IMG/VR virus record: IMGVR_UViG_2974594478_000001 | Span: 11,240-75,239 of that record | Origin: a virus | Taxonomy: Duplodnaviria > Caudoviricetes | Length of the DNA stretch: 64,000 nt | Direction: 5' to 3' (one strand) | Shown here: one piece after another, positions 30,301 through 40,101 of the stretch | Layout of the letters: each line of letters begins with the position of its first letter | Position numbering within the stretch: the stretch's first letter is position 1 | The notes under the pieces: model-generated | Database searches by the model: none | Told to the model about the DNA's origin: nothing | The model's input: the letters and a program-made list of their open reading frames with translations, nothing else | Position numbers and translations under genes: made by a program

Positions 30301-33300
30301 CCGAGTATCTTTCTCAGTCTTGACACCCACTGCCTGAGCTATGGTCATCCAGAATTTCTGGACATCTTCAGGCTTGGTCATATCCAGAGTGGTTCTGGTA
30401 GACATGAAAGCTTCACGAGCCATCTTATCCGACTGAGGATTCGATGCTCCCTGCATATGCAGACGACCCACACGAGAAACATTGTGCTCGTAATAAACTG
30501 GCATCTCAGTGACAGGAACATTGGAGTTACCAGCAATGTTCTGAACTTGTCCCAATTGTCTGAAGATATTCCGATAAGAATTCTGAAGACCAAGGTTCTT
30601 ACCTTGGATCGACTTCAGATGATTCTCATTGAATTGCTTAGGATTATCAATCTTGGTTCCACCAAACAATTCAATGACAGCTTCTTCACCCAACATCTTA
30701 AGGAAATCAAACATTGTTTGATTCACATAGAATGGAGTTTCCTGAGCCTTACGAATCGCTTCTCTCTGTTGAGCAGTGTTCTTCACCAGAGGATTACGCA
30801 TTTGCGTATCAGCGATCTGAGTTGGTGCCTGACCAATATGAGGATCATCTGGATTGTTCACCAGAACAGCATCAGCAATGACAGCAGGCGCTACACTCAT
30901 GGAACCAATGAGATTCTCTATCTCTTCATTCCGCTCATCAAAATAGATCCTAACAGCCTGACGAGGATCACCCTTCACCTGATAATCGAAACTACCAAGA
31001 GTGATGAGACCAGCAGCTTGAAGACCATAAAGGACTTCAGCAGCGACAGCTTCAGGAATACCCTTTACATAGGAATCCGTAACATCACTGTTACCTTGGA
31101 CACCCCAGAACTGTTGAATGGTTTGAGCCAGTGAACGCTTAGCCTCTGTAATATAGAGTCCGCGGTTCATACCCTGTTCGATTTTGTCATCTACATCAGA
31201 CTCATCGATACCAAGGATCTTGGCAATCTGTTCCTTGTCCAATGTATAGGATGCACGTTCAGCATTGAGTACCCAATGCAGACCAGCAGCAATTGCTTGC
31301 TGAAGCAGAGCAGGTTCATACCGACCCTTCTCCTTATCTACGATGGAGAGACCCCTAGCATCAACAAAATCAGCAACATCAGTTCCCTTCTTGATCAAAT
31401 CAAGGAGAGATTCTTTCTTCTGACCCTTAGCACCTTCATCTCTAGTGATAGCTTGCACCAGACGTTGGTGCATTGCTTCACCGATCTGATCAGCATAGTC
31501 CAGGTATTGGCGATAGGACCGAGCAATGGGCTTGTCATAGCCATAACGAGCAATTCGACCAAGCTCAGCATTCAGAGACTGCTTATCCTTAAGGACAGCA
31601 CGCAGCTTCTTGATTGGTTCAGCTTCACCAACGAGACGAGAAATCATTTCTCTTGGAAGCTTGAATGCTTCAAGGAAGTGATTCTTCACACCTTCAACAG
31701 TAAGGAGATTCGGATAAAGAGTCTCTACGGTAGTGGTTGACTCAATCTCTGTTCCAGACTCAGTTGGAAGTCCTTCAGTTGTTTCTTGTTCATTCCCTTG
31801 AACAGACTCTTGGACTTCTTGCCTTGCTTCTGGTTGGGCTTCTTCACGAACTGTAGAGACGACTGGCGCAGACTCATCGTTGACCTCTTCTTGGATCGTT
31901 TCACTAACGACTTCTGTTTCGACCACAGGAGACTGTAGAACCTCATCCTGCACCTCTTCAACAACTTCATCAATAGGAGTTTCAACAACTCTCTGAGAAG
32001 CTTCCTGTGTCCGGTTCACTGGAACTACACGAGTATTTCTAACCTCTTGGACTTGTTGATCCACAGGCTTTCTCAGTGCTGGAACCAAGGTAGGAACAGT
32101 GATTGGTTGAATTCCAAGCTCAGGGTAGATCTCGGCAATGTTGTTGTTCAACGTTGCAGCATATTGAGCTTCAGCATAGATTTGTTGAGCAAGCTTAGAG
32201 GATCCCTTGTGGATCTTCGGAGACTTGGTTGTGAACTGTTTTCCAGTGCCATCATAGGCTTGGAAATCCACAGCTTCACCAGCAGCAAAGCTCCGGTTTA
32301 CTGCATCCATTTTGTTCCGCATATGACGAGCGAATTGACCCAAGCGAACAGCACGGTCACGAGCAAGCTTTGGATTACCAGACTGAGTAGCTTCAATGAT
32401 CCCAGACAGATGTTGATTCAGAGACAGCTTGTTAGGATCAGAGGAGAATTTCTCAATCTGATTGTTCACAGCCTTCATCAAAGAAGCTGGAGTCTCAGCT
32501 TGGATCGGTTGACCCATTTCTTCCATAGTGGAAGCAAACTGTTGTCCAGCCCGAACCAAGGAAGAGGAAGCTTGTAGAGCCTTCCTCTCTTCAGGAGAGA
32601 GAGTGATGTTGCCTTCATCCGATTGACGAAGGATACGATCATTCACATCTGGATTAACAGCAGAGGGATTAAACTCTGCCAGACCAACAGATCTGGTTAC
32701 ATCATCAGCAGTGATCGTTTCCATATCGGGAAGCGAATCTGTCTCATCCAATAGCTTATTGATTTGAGCAATATCTGGATCTTGATCAATAGCAACAATC
32801 GTAGCCATGTAGTTACGGAGTTGCTGGATCTCTTCACTGTCTTCTGATGCATTCTTGATTGCATTAGGAAGATCAGAAAAGAATGTTGCTTCATTCTCAC
32901 GAAGTTGTTGACGAACATAAATTGCAGAAGAAAGACGGTCATTGATATCTGCCTCTGGATCAGCAGCAATACTAGCTACATCCATAAGAACATCAAATCT
33001 ATTATTTGTTTCACTGACAACAGAACGAAGGTTATCAGGAATAGAAGCAATCTCTTCTGGAGAGATGAGTGCAGTTCTTGCTACTCGACCAATGTAATCA
33101 TTGAGTTCAGCTTGCTCTTCTTGAGAAGTAACTTGAGCAACTTTCTGAAGACCTTCAGCGACAGCAGGAACTTGATTCACTGCCTGTTCAATGTTCTCTC
33201 TAATTACTTCTGGTGCAACAGGAGAAGCAGCAGCATTAGTTTGCTCAACCCGTTGACCACGAGCAACAACGGCATCAGTAGCATCCTTAACGGCATTGGC

Positions 33301-34632
33301 AGCAGTTCGTAGTACAGCACCCGGAGTCTGTACAACACCAGCAGAAGCAACACCGCCAACAAGGCTGTTAGCGATATTCTCACCGACATCTTCCGTCAGG
33401 CTCCTGTTCTCATCAGCAGCTTGCTGAATACCGAGGTTGACACCAACTTGTCCCGTCAGACCTTGACCAGCTTCCTCGACACCTTCTCTGAAAACATTGC
33501 CAGTAGCGGAACCAAGAGAAGGAACTCTAAAGGGGGCAGCTTCGAATCTGGAAACCAGAGTACCAGTGAGAGCACCAGCAGGACCAGCAATAGCAGCAGA
33601 GATTTGACCAGCACGATTGGCAGCAGCAAGCTTAGCCTGCTCTGGCGTATCCCCAACAGCAATTCTCTCACGGTAGAATTCAGAGTTCTGAGACAGTTGG
33701 TCATGGGTCATATCCATGACTTCCTGAGAAGCTTGAGTATAAGCTCCACCAGCTTCCATTGAACCAATGGCAGCAGGCATTGCCCCCTTCTCGATGATAG
33801 CTCCCCCAACCTCACCAAAGATCTTGGTCAGTGGTTTTCCAGCAGTGGCAATAGCCTTGCCAGTAGGACCAGCTACAAGGAGACTGCCCACACCTTGGGC
33901 AGCGATATCCCCGGCGAGTGTTGGGTTCGTGAGTGTACGTACTGATGCAGCACCGAAATCACGCCCAATGCGTTTAAGACCAGCAACAGTATCACCATCA
34001 GTTTGGCGATCCACTTGATACTGTTCTTCATTATCCTGAGCATCTAATTCTCCTGCAATCGCTGCTTGGTTCCGAGTACGGTTCAACGTATCCGATTGAA
34101 GATCCTGTGCAGCTTCAGAGAAGGAACCAAGTGCACCGGAAATAGCTGCACCAGCACGATCATCAACGAGACCAGCACCGAGAGCGAGAATACCACCAGC
34201 AGATCCAACAGCACCTTGAACTCCCGAGTTAAGAGAATCAGCAGCAATCTCCAGACCAGTTCTCTCCATACCTTCAGCATTGGAAAGACGATCACGAGCA
34301 CTGGCAAGATTAGCTTGAAGCTGAGGATCCACTCCGGGATACTTCTGCTCAAACTCAAATGGATTCATCGAAGCAGCATCAAGTAGAACTTGATTGCGAT
34401 TGGTTAGATTATTCTCATTCTGAAGTGAAACCGCTGCAACATCAGCATTCTGAGATGGTCCAAGAAGTTGCTTCTTGGCATCAGACATTGCTACCAATTC
34501 CTGTTTCTTGTTATCAGAAACTGACATCACATTAGCTTTCACGGTATCTGAAATACCGGGAGTCGGAAGACTAGCTACTTGATTGATGTTCAGTTCAGGG
34601 AACAAAGAAAAAGGATTGATTGGGTCAGCCAT
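24376..34632 (-). CDS. virion-encapsidated RNA polymerase (N4 gp50-like vRNAP)
   Basis: About 3418 aa. LEADGKTDG (motif A), RGVTKNPLTITIYGS (motif B), VFDG (motif C). No Cys seen, as in N4 vRNAP. ATG 34632 preferred to TTG 34644. Confidence 0.97.
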   Translation of the reverse strand: MADPINPFSLFPELNINQVASLPTPGISDTVKANVMSVSDNKKQELVAMSDAKKQLLGPSQNADVAAVSLQNENNLTNRNQVLLDAASMNPFEFEQKYPGVDPQLQANLASARDRLSNAEGMERTGLEIAADSLNSGVQGAVGSAGGILALGAGLVDDRAGAAISGALGSFSEAAQDLQSDTLNRTRNQAAIAGELDAQDNEEQYQVDRQTDGDTVAGLKRIGRDFGAASVRTLTNPTLAGDIAAQGVGSLLVAGPTGKAIATAGKPLTKIFGEVGGAIIEKGAMPAAIGSMEAGGAYTQASQEVMDMTHDQLSQNSEFYRERIAVGDTPEQAKLAAANRAGQISAAIAGPAGALTGTLVSRFEAAPFRVPSLGSATGNVFREGVEEAGQGLTGQVGVNLGIQQAADENRSLTEDVGENIANSLVGGVASAGVVQTPGAVLRTAANAVKDATDAVVARGQRVEQTNAAASPVAPEVIRENIEQAVNQVPAVAEGLQKVAQVTSQEEQAELNDYIGRVARTALISPEEIASIPDNLRSVVSETNNRFDVLMDVASIAADPEADINDRLSSAIYVRQQLRENEATFFSDLPNAIKNASEDSEEIQQLRNYMATIVAIDQDPDIAQINKLLDETDSLPDMETITADDVTRSVGLAEFNPSAVNPDVNDRILRQSDEGNITLSPEERKALQASSSLVRAGQQFASTMEEMGQPIQAETPASLMKAVNNQIEKFSSDPNKLSLNQHLSGIIEATQSGNPKLARDRAVRLGQFARHMRNKMDAVNRSFAAGEAVDFQAYDGTGKQFTTKSPKIHKGSSKLAQQIYAEAQYAATLNNNIAEIYPELGIQPITVPTLVPALRKPVDQQVQEVRNTRVVPVNRTQEASQRVVETPIDEVVEEVQDEVLQSPVVETEVVSETIQEEVNDESAPVVSTVREEAQPEARQEVQESVQGNEQETTEGLPTESGTEIESTTTVETLYPNLLTVEGVKNHFLEAFKLPREMISRLVGEAEPIKKLRAVLKDKQSLNAELGRIARYGYDKPIARSYRQYLDYADQIGEAMHQRLVQAITRDEGAKGQKKESLLDLIKKGTDVADFVDARGLSIVDKEKGRYEPALLQQAIAAGLHWVLNAERASYTLDKEQIAKILGIDESDVDDKIEQGMNRGLYITEAKRSLAQTIQQFWGVQGNSDVTDSYVKGIPEAVAAEVLYGLQAAGLITLGSFDYQVKGDPRQAVRIYFDERNEEIENLIGSMSVAPAVIADAVLVNNPDDPHIGQAPTQIADTQMRNPLVKNTAQQREAIRKAQETPFYVNQTMFDFLKMLGEEAVIELFGGTKIDNPKQFNENHLKSIQGKNLGLQNSYRNIFRQLGQVQNIAGNSNVPVTEMPVYYEHNVSRVGRLHMQGASNPQSDKMAREAFMSTRTTLDMTKPEDVQKFWMTIAQAVGVKTEKDTRAVAVQKAQEKIAKIQDHLPAFEAFIENGTAIPTETLAAVKEAFGGDLSFKAVHAILSVAKLGLAQDLTNFEHFLSLEADGKTDGPINALVHFTAGLFDSTWLKNVAKGGLFFGVRDKTLNAHQSVDDEDLYQEATKKLRTKQADFRNLVAGTDAEAYSNALLEVMNALNADVKFENGQLELSRGVTKNPLTITIYGSGIDGIAGKVASGLVETFYEQLSDALQGNGTPDPKLLENLELLINGVVIPGDKGTFKVKIEGKATPFTGSNNIDASKFTFTKEQLDRFKSNVKTLFVNQMDGAIQEMMGPSMDTTRKVQKSIQVQSIALKHLFQQRVMSKLAEKKGQEFLSQREMNKIYKELAKYSPLISTGTQTFFVGGSERSDVGIRTFARALQTGTQKFETVTTPAYIYGPENAGVAGVPYMVIGTGDGQMVQNIITGSNAPEGALYVFDGVEMKASTIDEDSRKINEAVFDGWMGNPVQSVSESFSAFLNTDIFDQLDDAGKQEIMEALYGKSDAAGTAWEDALNDISDLNAGMVSDAQSIEARHRAMERVELSVDHMASAEQAYTNEGEVLPTDPVELLTRINEIYNEELAKIQGRKAPAAVETPTNEFVEKINKLGFVDSDSGARIVDAVEFDGIEEIPQELLNAIEGDGYTFVIGSPAQLSAHEAQNDPANHVPNDVFYGKINTLTKTIYISNPSPETITHELVHAATLDKVYNFYADNNSVSKQDADAIRRLEALMREWLNQDYSKESVVAQEARRMAYSTVADKLNKKQTAAALNEFMAWSLSNEALASVQKKTKVKDKLAKIAKDVVNILKKLVGLPLSDTLWSNIRFNTAILLSTPTTFRENASGVIAYHSPSFGSDERLTELRERFHDRVLSAITEVSDEIERDTRTKETEAELTEAQAVAESFRAHGFPMNMQQASTFQMIHAAFATEAKLNPASMARIQEIYAHVTQKLNPADFITSEHPDQNEEYQAQEKFRSLTGVYLTKTDRHGRTNLLPAFLALAMVDDGFRDVLSKIESPKSERNNEGTVDALLENLGNAAMDRLSVLMAGEPKGSDAKAALDALTKTLTEQVQDQRTFIEQQTDNIVSGFDGWVRDKFQDLSGKLADKATEVRNNSNNTYVKAAANFIKAMTAIVNNETAEHVASAVTSAMNQQSGFVSLRELTTEIIGRTKENANIFDMISLVRSAVQQTRQQFREHLPTKIANHFTRPISEDEWSHLFKGLGKTDIASLLDAYDMDTVLAMLSYDTRIDVITSQIESNLKASEGALFNRIHRAAQDLANFMNTGKASGNTLRNAYAVANLFGAGGRKTAASEQTIQAVDHLVTLYALKGLNQDVKATLSSLAQSEKDGLDFAINYLRGQRADEQLKITTGAARANHYKGYIPSENQVGTSLIVAEDTEYARLITLGYTRVSDYTGSQAEGRGTKRGYYYAPVSGRAPFNQGVLQTVHTTASGVDPNTGRTTQDLTAGAITNPDEIARIIKNMHRNQNAVEPLLPVYDESGDVIAFERSIDPAQMARMNRNTHLGQMIGAWRGRQVEEALAEDFNKQLIEHLAKIWNEQKKGRANEFVDLANLKRSDDAVLHDAWNLVPARTKDTIKEVFGGEGFRVRRDMLNDAIGFRSASVGDIWTGTTRWKPAVTERLRQAAVGVFDLAGQGQNAFKYLVQAERFTQNVVADARVLIVVKSMIVPLANIMSNGYQLMGRGVPLRNILKGMGEKTVEINQYIKNRERQIELEADLRAAGNDLVKQRKIQSELQSIKDSNRRMTIAPLIEHGEFSSISDGGITQEDLALSNGRFVTYLENQAKRLPAGLRTAGRYALITKDTALFKGLARAVQYGDFIAKAIMYDDLIKRQGLSREQALGQVSEEFVNYNRLAGRTRNYLESVGLLWFWNFKLRSMKVAASMIRNNPVRAFMAGMMAPSFPVIGSIGSPVTDNFLSVMVNGKLDYSVGPGMGLNSWNLNPWMQLFK

Positions 34633-34656
34633 ATTAGTTCTCACTGATCAATGCTT

Positions 34657-34686
34657 AAAAGAAAAGGGAGCCAAGGAGGCTCCCTT
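34657..34686 (-). terminator. Rho-independent terminator
   Basis: AAGGGAGCC/GGCTCCCTT stem with T-rich tail on the minus strand. Confidence 0.75.
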
Positions 34687-34700
34687 AGATATCTCTATTC

Positions 34701-36956
34701 TTAGTTCGCTCCCGCTGATCTGGCAAGGAGACTTTGTACTCTTCGAGATCGAACAATTGCTTCTGCTCTTTCCCTCATATTCTGAGCTTCCGCATTGGTA
34801 GGTTCACGCCCCAACTCATCCAGTAGTGTTCTGTAGACTTCCAGAACTGATCTACCATTCACTGGTTCTTGAATCTGTGCTCTTGTCCCAGCAGGAACGG
34901 TCACTGGATCAGTAGCTCTCTGAGGTGGGGCAGGGTTTCCTCTGAAGGTACTTGCTGCACCACCATTTCGCATCACTGCATCGAGAGCTTGTTGTGCTCT
35001 GCTGACAGCTTCATCTCTTTTCTTTGTCGCCTCTGTGAGATCAAGGTTCCGACGAGATGTAGCTTTCAGTCTTTGGTTCCGTTCCAGTTCCAATTGAAGA
35101 CGTTCAGCTTCTTGAACCAGAGTGTTAGCATTTGTACGAGCTTCATTAGAAGTTCTCAGACGCTTCATTCTCTGTTCAATGGTTGTCCCACTTTCACCAT
35201 TAGCAGCGTTACCTGTTGCTGGATCAGTGATGGAACCAAGCAGACGATCTACCTTACTATAGTCAAATTGGACTTCCTCACTCTCACCAGTAAAGGGAGT
35301 GAAGTCTCCAATAACTCTTTCAGAACGAACTGAATCAGCAAGAGCAAGTGCTGCTACCGATGGGTAAACACCATAGGTCTTGCTGTAATAATTGATATCA
35401 TCAGTAACCTTATCTTCACTTCTACCTTGAAGAAGACCACCTTTACCAATGAGACGATTCACTACAGCAGCAGTTGGACTATCGTCATCAGCAGCTTTCA
35501 GGAAGTTATTATCAAAAGTTCCTGTTGTATTACCAGAACGATCAACAGCGAAACGAGCATTGACATTGGACAGATTGTTCTTGAGATCCAAGATCACAGG
35601 AGCAACTGTTGTGCTTGCTGGTTCCTGTCCAGTAGCAACAGCTTCCGTCTTTGCTTCTGCTTCTTTCTTGGTTTCCTGCTTCTCTGGTTCCTTAGCAGGA
35701 GCAAGGAAATCAATATCAGCAGCAGAAGGAATAGGAGCAGTCTGTGTACGTGGGCGGGTTACATCAGCCCAAGCACCATTCTTCTCAGCTTCCCGAATCT
35801 CAGCAACAGACCTCGTATAGACTTCTGGTCCAAGTGCTTCGATATCCAGTCGAGCAATAGCTTCATCTGGCGTTGCTGAACCAACGATAAGAGGTGTTAC
35901 AGATTCACGAGCAGCTTCAGTGATCCCACGACCACGAAGCTCATCAGTCTCTTCACGATTACGCTTTCTCTCTTCAGATTGACCTTCACGGAAAACCTGT
36001 CCCTCTCTTGCAGCCTTGATGGTGTTATCCGTCAGGGTCAGGAGATTGGTTGTCGTACCATTCAAAGGATAACGAGCATTGTTGACCATGCTCTCAATGG
36101 CACCACTTGGATCCCCAGAGAATGCCAAGGCACGATCCTGAATAGCATCAACAGAGAGTTCATAGTTCCTCTGGTTGAAACCGTCCTTACCTCTTGGAGT
36201 ACCAACTCTGATTGGACCGGGAGTCGGTGTTCGAACTGAAGTCATCAATTCAACAGCAGGGTTGGTTCCATCATTCACAGGAGCAGGCGTGCTCACGGAA
36301 GGGACAGATCCAGAACCAAGTGCAGCAGCATTCTCAAGCGTAGGAGCTACCTGAGTAATATTGGTGACTGGTGCACCAGCTTCCGATTCAAATTCAGGAA
36401 GCATACCTGTTACCGATGGGTCAGCAGCAGCGACCACATCACTGACAATATCAGAGGGCAGTTCAGAAACTCTAGTCTGAGCAGGGACAGTGGATTCAGG
36501 ACCATTCACCTGAGACGAGGTGATGTTCCCATCCGCATCATAATAGCCTCTGATACCTGTGTTGTTGACATCAACAAAGTCATCTCTCCCACCCTTACCA
36601 CCACGACCTCCCCCTGCACCACGAGCAGCAAGAGTCCTGTTCGCAAGATCATTCTTGAGAAGAGAAGTCTGATAATCAGCAGCAAAGGCAAGAGCTTCAG
36701 GAGTGATATATCTTGGATCAGCAGAACCAAGAATACCATTCGACAAAGCAGTCGAAAGTTCAGCAGAAGATCTGTTCTTCAAGATATCTGCCATCAATTG
36801 AGACGAGGCAGCTTGAGTACGACCTTCCTGAAAACCTTCAATAGATGCCATCAAATCTCTGGATGCATTGCTAAAGCCTTGACCAGATACCTGCAAGGCA
36901 GAAGCAGAACCAGAGAAGTTAGGAGCATCGACATTACGCCAAGTAAGTGGTGCCAC
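34701..36956 (-). CDS. virion ejection/structural protein (N4 gp51-like)
   Basis: N-terminal MAPLTWRNVDAPNFS; synteny upstream of vRNAP. Confidence 0.8.
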   Translation of the reverse strand: MAPLTWRNVDAPNFSGSASALQVSGQGFSNASRDLMASIEGFQEGRTQAASSQLMADILKNRSSAELSTALSNGILGSADPRYITPEALAFAADYQTSLLKNDLANRTLAARGAGGGRGGKGGRDDFVDVNNTGIRGYYDADGNITSSQVNGPESTVPAQTRVSELPSDIVSDVVAAADPSVTGMLPEFESEAGAPVTNITQVAPTLENAAALGSGSVPSVSTPAPVNDGTNPAVELMTSVRTPTPGPIRVGTPRGKDGFNQRNYELSVDAIQDRALAFSGDPSGAIESMVNNARYPLNGTTTNLLTLTDNTIKAAREGQVFREGQSEERKRNREETDELRGRGITEAARESVTPLIVGSATPDEAIARLDIEALGPEVYTRSVAEIREAEKNGAWADVTRPRTQTAPIPSAADIDFLAPAKEPEKQETKKEAEAKTEAVATGQEPASTTVAPVILDLKNNLSNVNARFAVDRSGNTTGTFDNNFLKAADDDSPTAAVVNRLIGKGGLLQGRSEDKVTDDINYYSKTYGVYPSVAALALADSVRSERVIGDFTPFTGESEEVQFDYSKVDRLLGSITDPATGNAANGESGTTIEQRMKRLRTSNEARTNANTLVQEAERLQLELERNQRLKATSRRNLDLTEATKKRDEAVSRAQQALDAVMRNGGAASTFRGNPAPPQRATDPVTVPAGTRAQIQEPVNGRSVLEVYRTLLDELGREPTNAEAQNMRERAEAIVRSRRVQSLLARSAGAN

Positions 36957-36967
36957 GTTGAAACTCC

Positions 36968-37387
36968 TTACAGACGATTCTTATCAATGTAAGAATCAAT
37001 CTGATCTTGAGATTGACCCTCAGTGAAACCACGAGAACGAGCACGATCTTCCAGTGCCGTATTATAGGACTGAATTTGATTTGCCAGATTCTTATTGGCA
37101 AAGTTCTTCTGGAAATTAAACGAGTCTCTTGCAAGCTTCTGAGCTTGGAAAGCGTTCCAGAGATTACCAATGGTGGACAAACCACCACCAATGAGCTTGA
37201 GACCATCAAGGCTCATTAGTCCACCAAATCCCCCAGAACCAGTACCACCTACATTAAATTGAGATGGATCAGCACCAATGAGATTTCCATAAGTCGTATT
37301 GGCTTGGAACTGTGGGCTTTGGAGATAAGCATTCTGCTGCTGAGAACCAAAACCAAAGTTAGCAATGTCACTAGGCAAAATAGCCAT
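36968..37387 (-). CDS. virion structural protein (N4 gp52-like)
   Basis: C-terminal NQIQSYNTALEDRARSR motif; synteny. Confidence 0.82.
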   Translation of the reverse strand: MAILPSDIANFGFGSQQQNAYLQSPQFQANTTYGNLIGADPSQFNVGGTGSGGFGGLMSLDGLKLIGGGLSTIGNLWNAFQAQKLARDSFNFQKNFANKNLANQIQSYNTALEDRARSRGFTEGQSQDQIDSYIDKNRL

Positions 37388-37401
37388 CTGATTTTCTCCG
37401 A

Positions 37402-40101
37402 TTAAGCATAGGCATTGGGTAGAGTCAGAGTCAATTCAGTGAAGCTATTCAACATATCATGAGACATGTTTGCTATGTCGCTTCCCGTCATCAGTGTTCT
37501 GGTGAGGAATGTATCCCCACTTTCCAAAAAGATGTTCGAAGAATCCAAGAACATATTTGGGTTGATTATGTTGTTAGCATAACCAATGTTCTCTGAATAG
37601 AGTTCAGAGATTCTCTCAGACTCCTTCTGGTAGTTATTCATAATGTCTCTACTCTCTGCTGCCATATCTTGAATAGATGATTGGACATAAGCAGAGTAAC
37701 CACCAGAGACAGCATCTGTCAGTTTCAGGATATTATCCACTTTCATCAGATCTGCCCAGTTAAACTGGAAACCTGCTTGAAAGCCTTGGATAAAACCAGA
37801 GACAAACATTCCAAACAGTGCACCAAGAATGGGACCAAGGAATCCCAGATTCTTAGTAACAGCTTCAATGAGTGTGCTCAGCACCATAGCTGCAAGAGCA
37901 TTCGCTACTGATCCGACAATAGCAGCAGTAAGACCGGAAAAGCCGAGAGCAGAACCAATAGCAAGATTAGAACCAAGGAGACCAAAGCCAGCACCACCTG
38001 TGAAAGCAACAGAGATAATGGCAATAACAATGACAAACAGGATCTTAAAGATCCCTCTCTCATACCATCTCTGCTTCACAATCTGGTAGCAATTGAACAG
38101 GATAAAGCAGCAGGCAGTGGACATCTGTGTGCCAGCTATCAGTGATACAGCTTTATAGGTTGGGTAATGTAGAGGGACTACGAATCCAGATTCCTCTGTA
38201 TCATCAAGAGCATCAGCTAGACTGGTATCAACAGACTTACCATTGTAGACGAAGTTCTTATGCAACATCCCTTCAATGTTCATGACCTTATAGCTGTTAG
38301 CAGTAACCTGCCAATACAGCTTAGCTCTTTGAATTCTCAAAGGATCCTGTGGGATCTCTTTGTATCCACCTCCCGAAATAACCATTGTGGGTGGCATATT
38401 ATAGGTATCTGTTGGAAGCTTCTCCAACCAGAACTCACCTACCTTGGCATCAGGCTTACTGAGACCAGCATGATCAGTTTCATAAAGAAAGTTCCAGTGG
38501 ATACGGATATCAAAGTTCCGAGCTACTGAACCAGTGTTCGCCATCCGAATGATGTTAGAAGGTAGGACAGGTTTCGATGGAACAGACGGTTTTGGTTCCC
38601 CAAAATAAGGAGATCCAGAATTAGCCTGACCCTTCTGCCATTGATAGAACTCTTCCCGAGCCTCATCATAGGCTACACGCTTGACTTTCCATTCATTGAA
38701 ATTGGCAAGTGAGGATGTCTGAAGATCCATCAGATTTCTGAAGAAGTAATAGAGATACTTCTTGCAAGCATTTTCTTTCACATTCAGTGACACACCAAAC
38801 ATTGCATAAGCAAAGTCAATGTCATCCAGATCATCATTGTCTTCAATAGATTCCACAAGCTTATCAAAGCTTGCTTTCATTGCTTTTTTGTAACCCTTCT
38901 TAGCTTCACCATAAGCTACAGGTTCATGAGATTCTGAAAGAAACTCATTCTCAATACGTACTGGAATGAATGGGAAGAACTGACCAGTCAATTCATTATC
39001 TGCTGGAACCAAAGAATCCAGAACAGCATTACCGCTACCAATCCGGTAGATGTAATATTTCAAAGATGAGAATCCATTATTGATGATGTCCTGAGTATCT
39101 ACTCGATACCATTTGTCATAGTTAATGAATTCAGATGTTACAGTTGTAGTAGTGGTCTTAGTAACGCCACCACCCATATCTTCCTCAACAACTGTCACTT
39201 CTACATCTTCATCAATGAAACCAAATTGATGAAAGAACATGTAGGATTTTGTTGAAGACATAACTTCAACATTACCAACTACCACAGCACCGTTGTAAAC
39301 AGTCTGCTGGTATTCAGCATCTCGATCCAGATAATCGACAAAGCTATGTGTATCCGTAGTGGTATCACTACCGGGAGATCCATCCGAATAGGTCACAACA
39401 ACTCTGGTTGTCTCAGTGAGATCCACTCCCACATGAGGTGTCAAGACATTGGATACATCAGTCCATCCCGTCGTAGAGGGGAATGGATCCGCTTCCGTTA
39501 GTGGAATCGTGGAACCAGTTACAATTGGGTCAGCTTGGTTCTCAATGGCAGAGACGTAACTCACATAGAGATACTTCGCATTGATATTGAAGCTAGGGGA
39601 TGATGGAGTAATAAAGGTTGTTGAGAGATCAGCAAAGGTGATCTTTATCTGGTTGGTATTTTCCAGATAATCAGCAGTCCATGCTGTATCAAACAGTTCT
39701 GGATAATTATCCAGCATCCATTTCTCAGCCCAGTAGGTGTAATCAGCATCACCGATTTCAGCATTCTGAACCACTGCTACTTCGGGGGGAACGATGCCAG
39801 GAATCTGATCAGGAATCAGTGTACCATCCACAGAGGAGAGATCGGTAATGAACCCTGTAGGGATACCAATCTCGTCATAATTCCCACTGTTCACTGCCCA
39901 GTTATAAAAGCTTCTAAGCCTGATACCGGGACCACCTAGATAACCTTTCCGAAACGTATCCCCCATACCTTCCTTGGTTCCAGAGAGAATATTTCTCGTG
40001 ACCAAGGATCTTAGGTAATTAGGACGATCATCCTCATCCCCTGCCAAGTTATAAGCGACAGAGGAGACATAGGTTTTCTTACTGGAAGAGAACAGTCCCA
40101 T
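37402..40101 (-). CDS. structural protein (N4 gp53-like)
   Basis: MGLFSSSKKTYVSSVAYNLAGD start; C-terminal hydrophobic region; synteny. Confidence 0.82.
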   Translation of the reverse strand: MGLFSSSKKTYVSSVAYNLAGDEDDRPNYLRSLVTRNILSGTKEGMGDTFRKGYLGGPGIRLRSFYNWAVNSGNYDEIGIPTGFITDLSSVDGTLIPDQIPGIVPPEVAVVQNAEIGDADYTYWAEKWMLDNYPELFDTAWTADYLENTNQIKITFADLSTTFITPSSPSFNINAKYLYVSYVSAIENQADPIVTGSTIPLTEADPFPSTTGWTDVSNVLTPHVGVDLTETTRVVVTYSDGSPGSDTTTDTHSFVDYLDRDAEYQQTVYNGAVVVGNVEVMSSTKSYMFFHQFGFIDEDVEVTVVEEDMGGGVTKTTTTTVTSEFINYDKWYRVDTQDIINNGFSSLKYYIYRIGSGNAVLDSLVPADNELTGQFFPFIPVRIENEFLSESHEPVAYGEAKKGYKKAMKASFDKLVESIEDNDDLDDIDFAYAMFGVSLNVKENACKKYLYYFFRNLMDLQTSSLANFNEWKVKRVAYDEAREEFYQWQKGQANSGSPYFGEPKPSVPSKPVLPSNIIRMANTGSVARNFDIRIHWNFLYETDHAGLSKPDAKVGEFWLEKLPTDTYNMPPTMVISGGGYKEIPQDPLRIQRAKLYWQVTANSYKVMNIEGMLHKNFVYNGKSVDTSLADALDDTEESGFVVPLHYPTYKAVSLIAGTQMSTACCFILFNCYQIVKQRWYERGIFKILFVIVIAIISVAFTGGAGFGLLGSNLAIGSALGFSGLTAAIVGSVANALAAMVLSTLIEAVTKNLGFLGPILGALFGMFVSGFIQGFQAGFQFNWADLMKVDNILKLTDAVSGGYSAYVQSSIQDMAAESRDIMNNYQKESERISELYSENIGYANNIINPNMFLDSSNIFLESGDTFLTRTLMTGSDIANMSHDMLNSFTELTLTLPNAYA

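Noticed and set aside
24694-33762. Long + strand ORFs opposite vRNAP (e.g. 28177..30114, 645 aa; 24694..25803; 30142..31134)
   Set aside because: Antisense shadows of a strongly codon-biased gene. They are Ser/Leu/Ile-rich, with no RBS or motifs.
24376-34632. Cysteine-free 3.4-kaa vRNAP
   Set aside because: Real, but an established property of N4 vRNAP rather than a novel observation.
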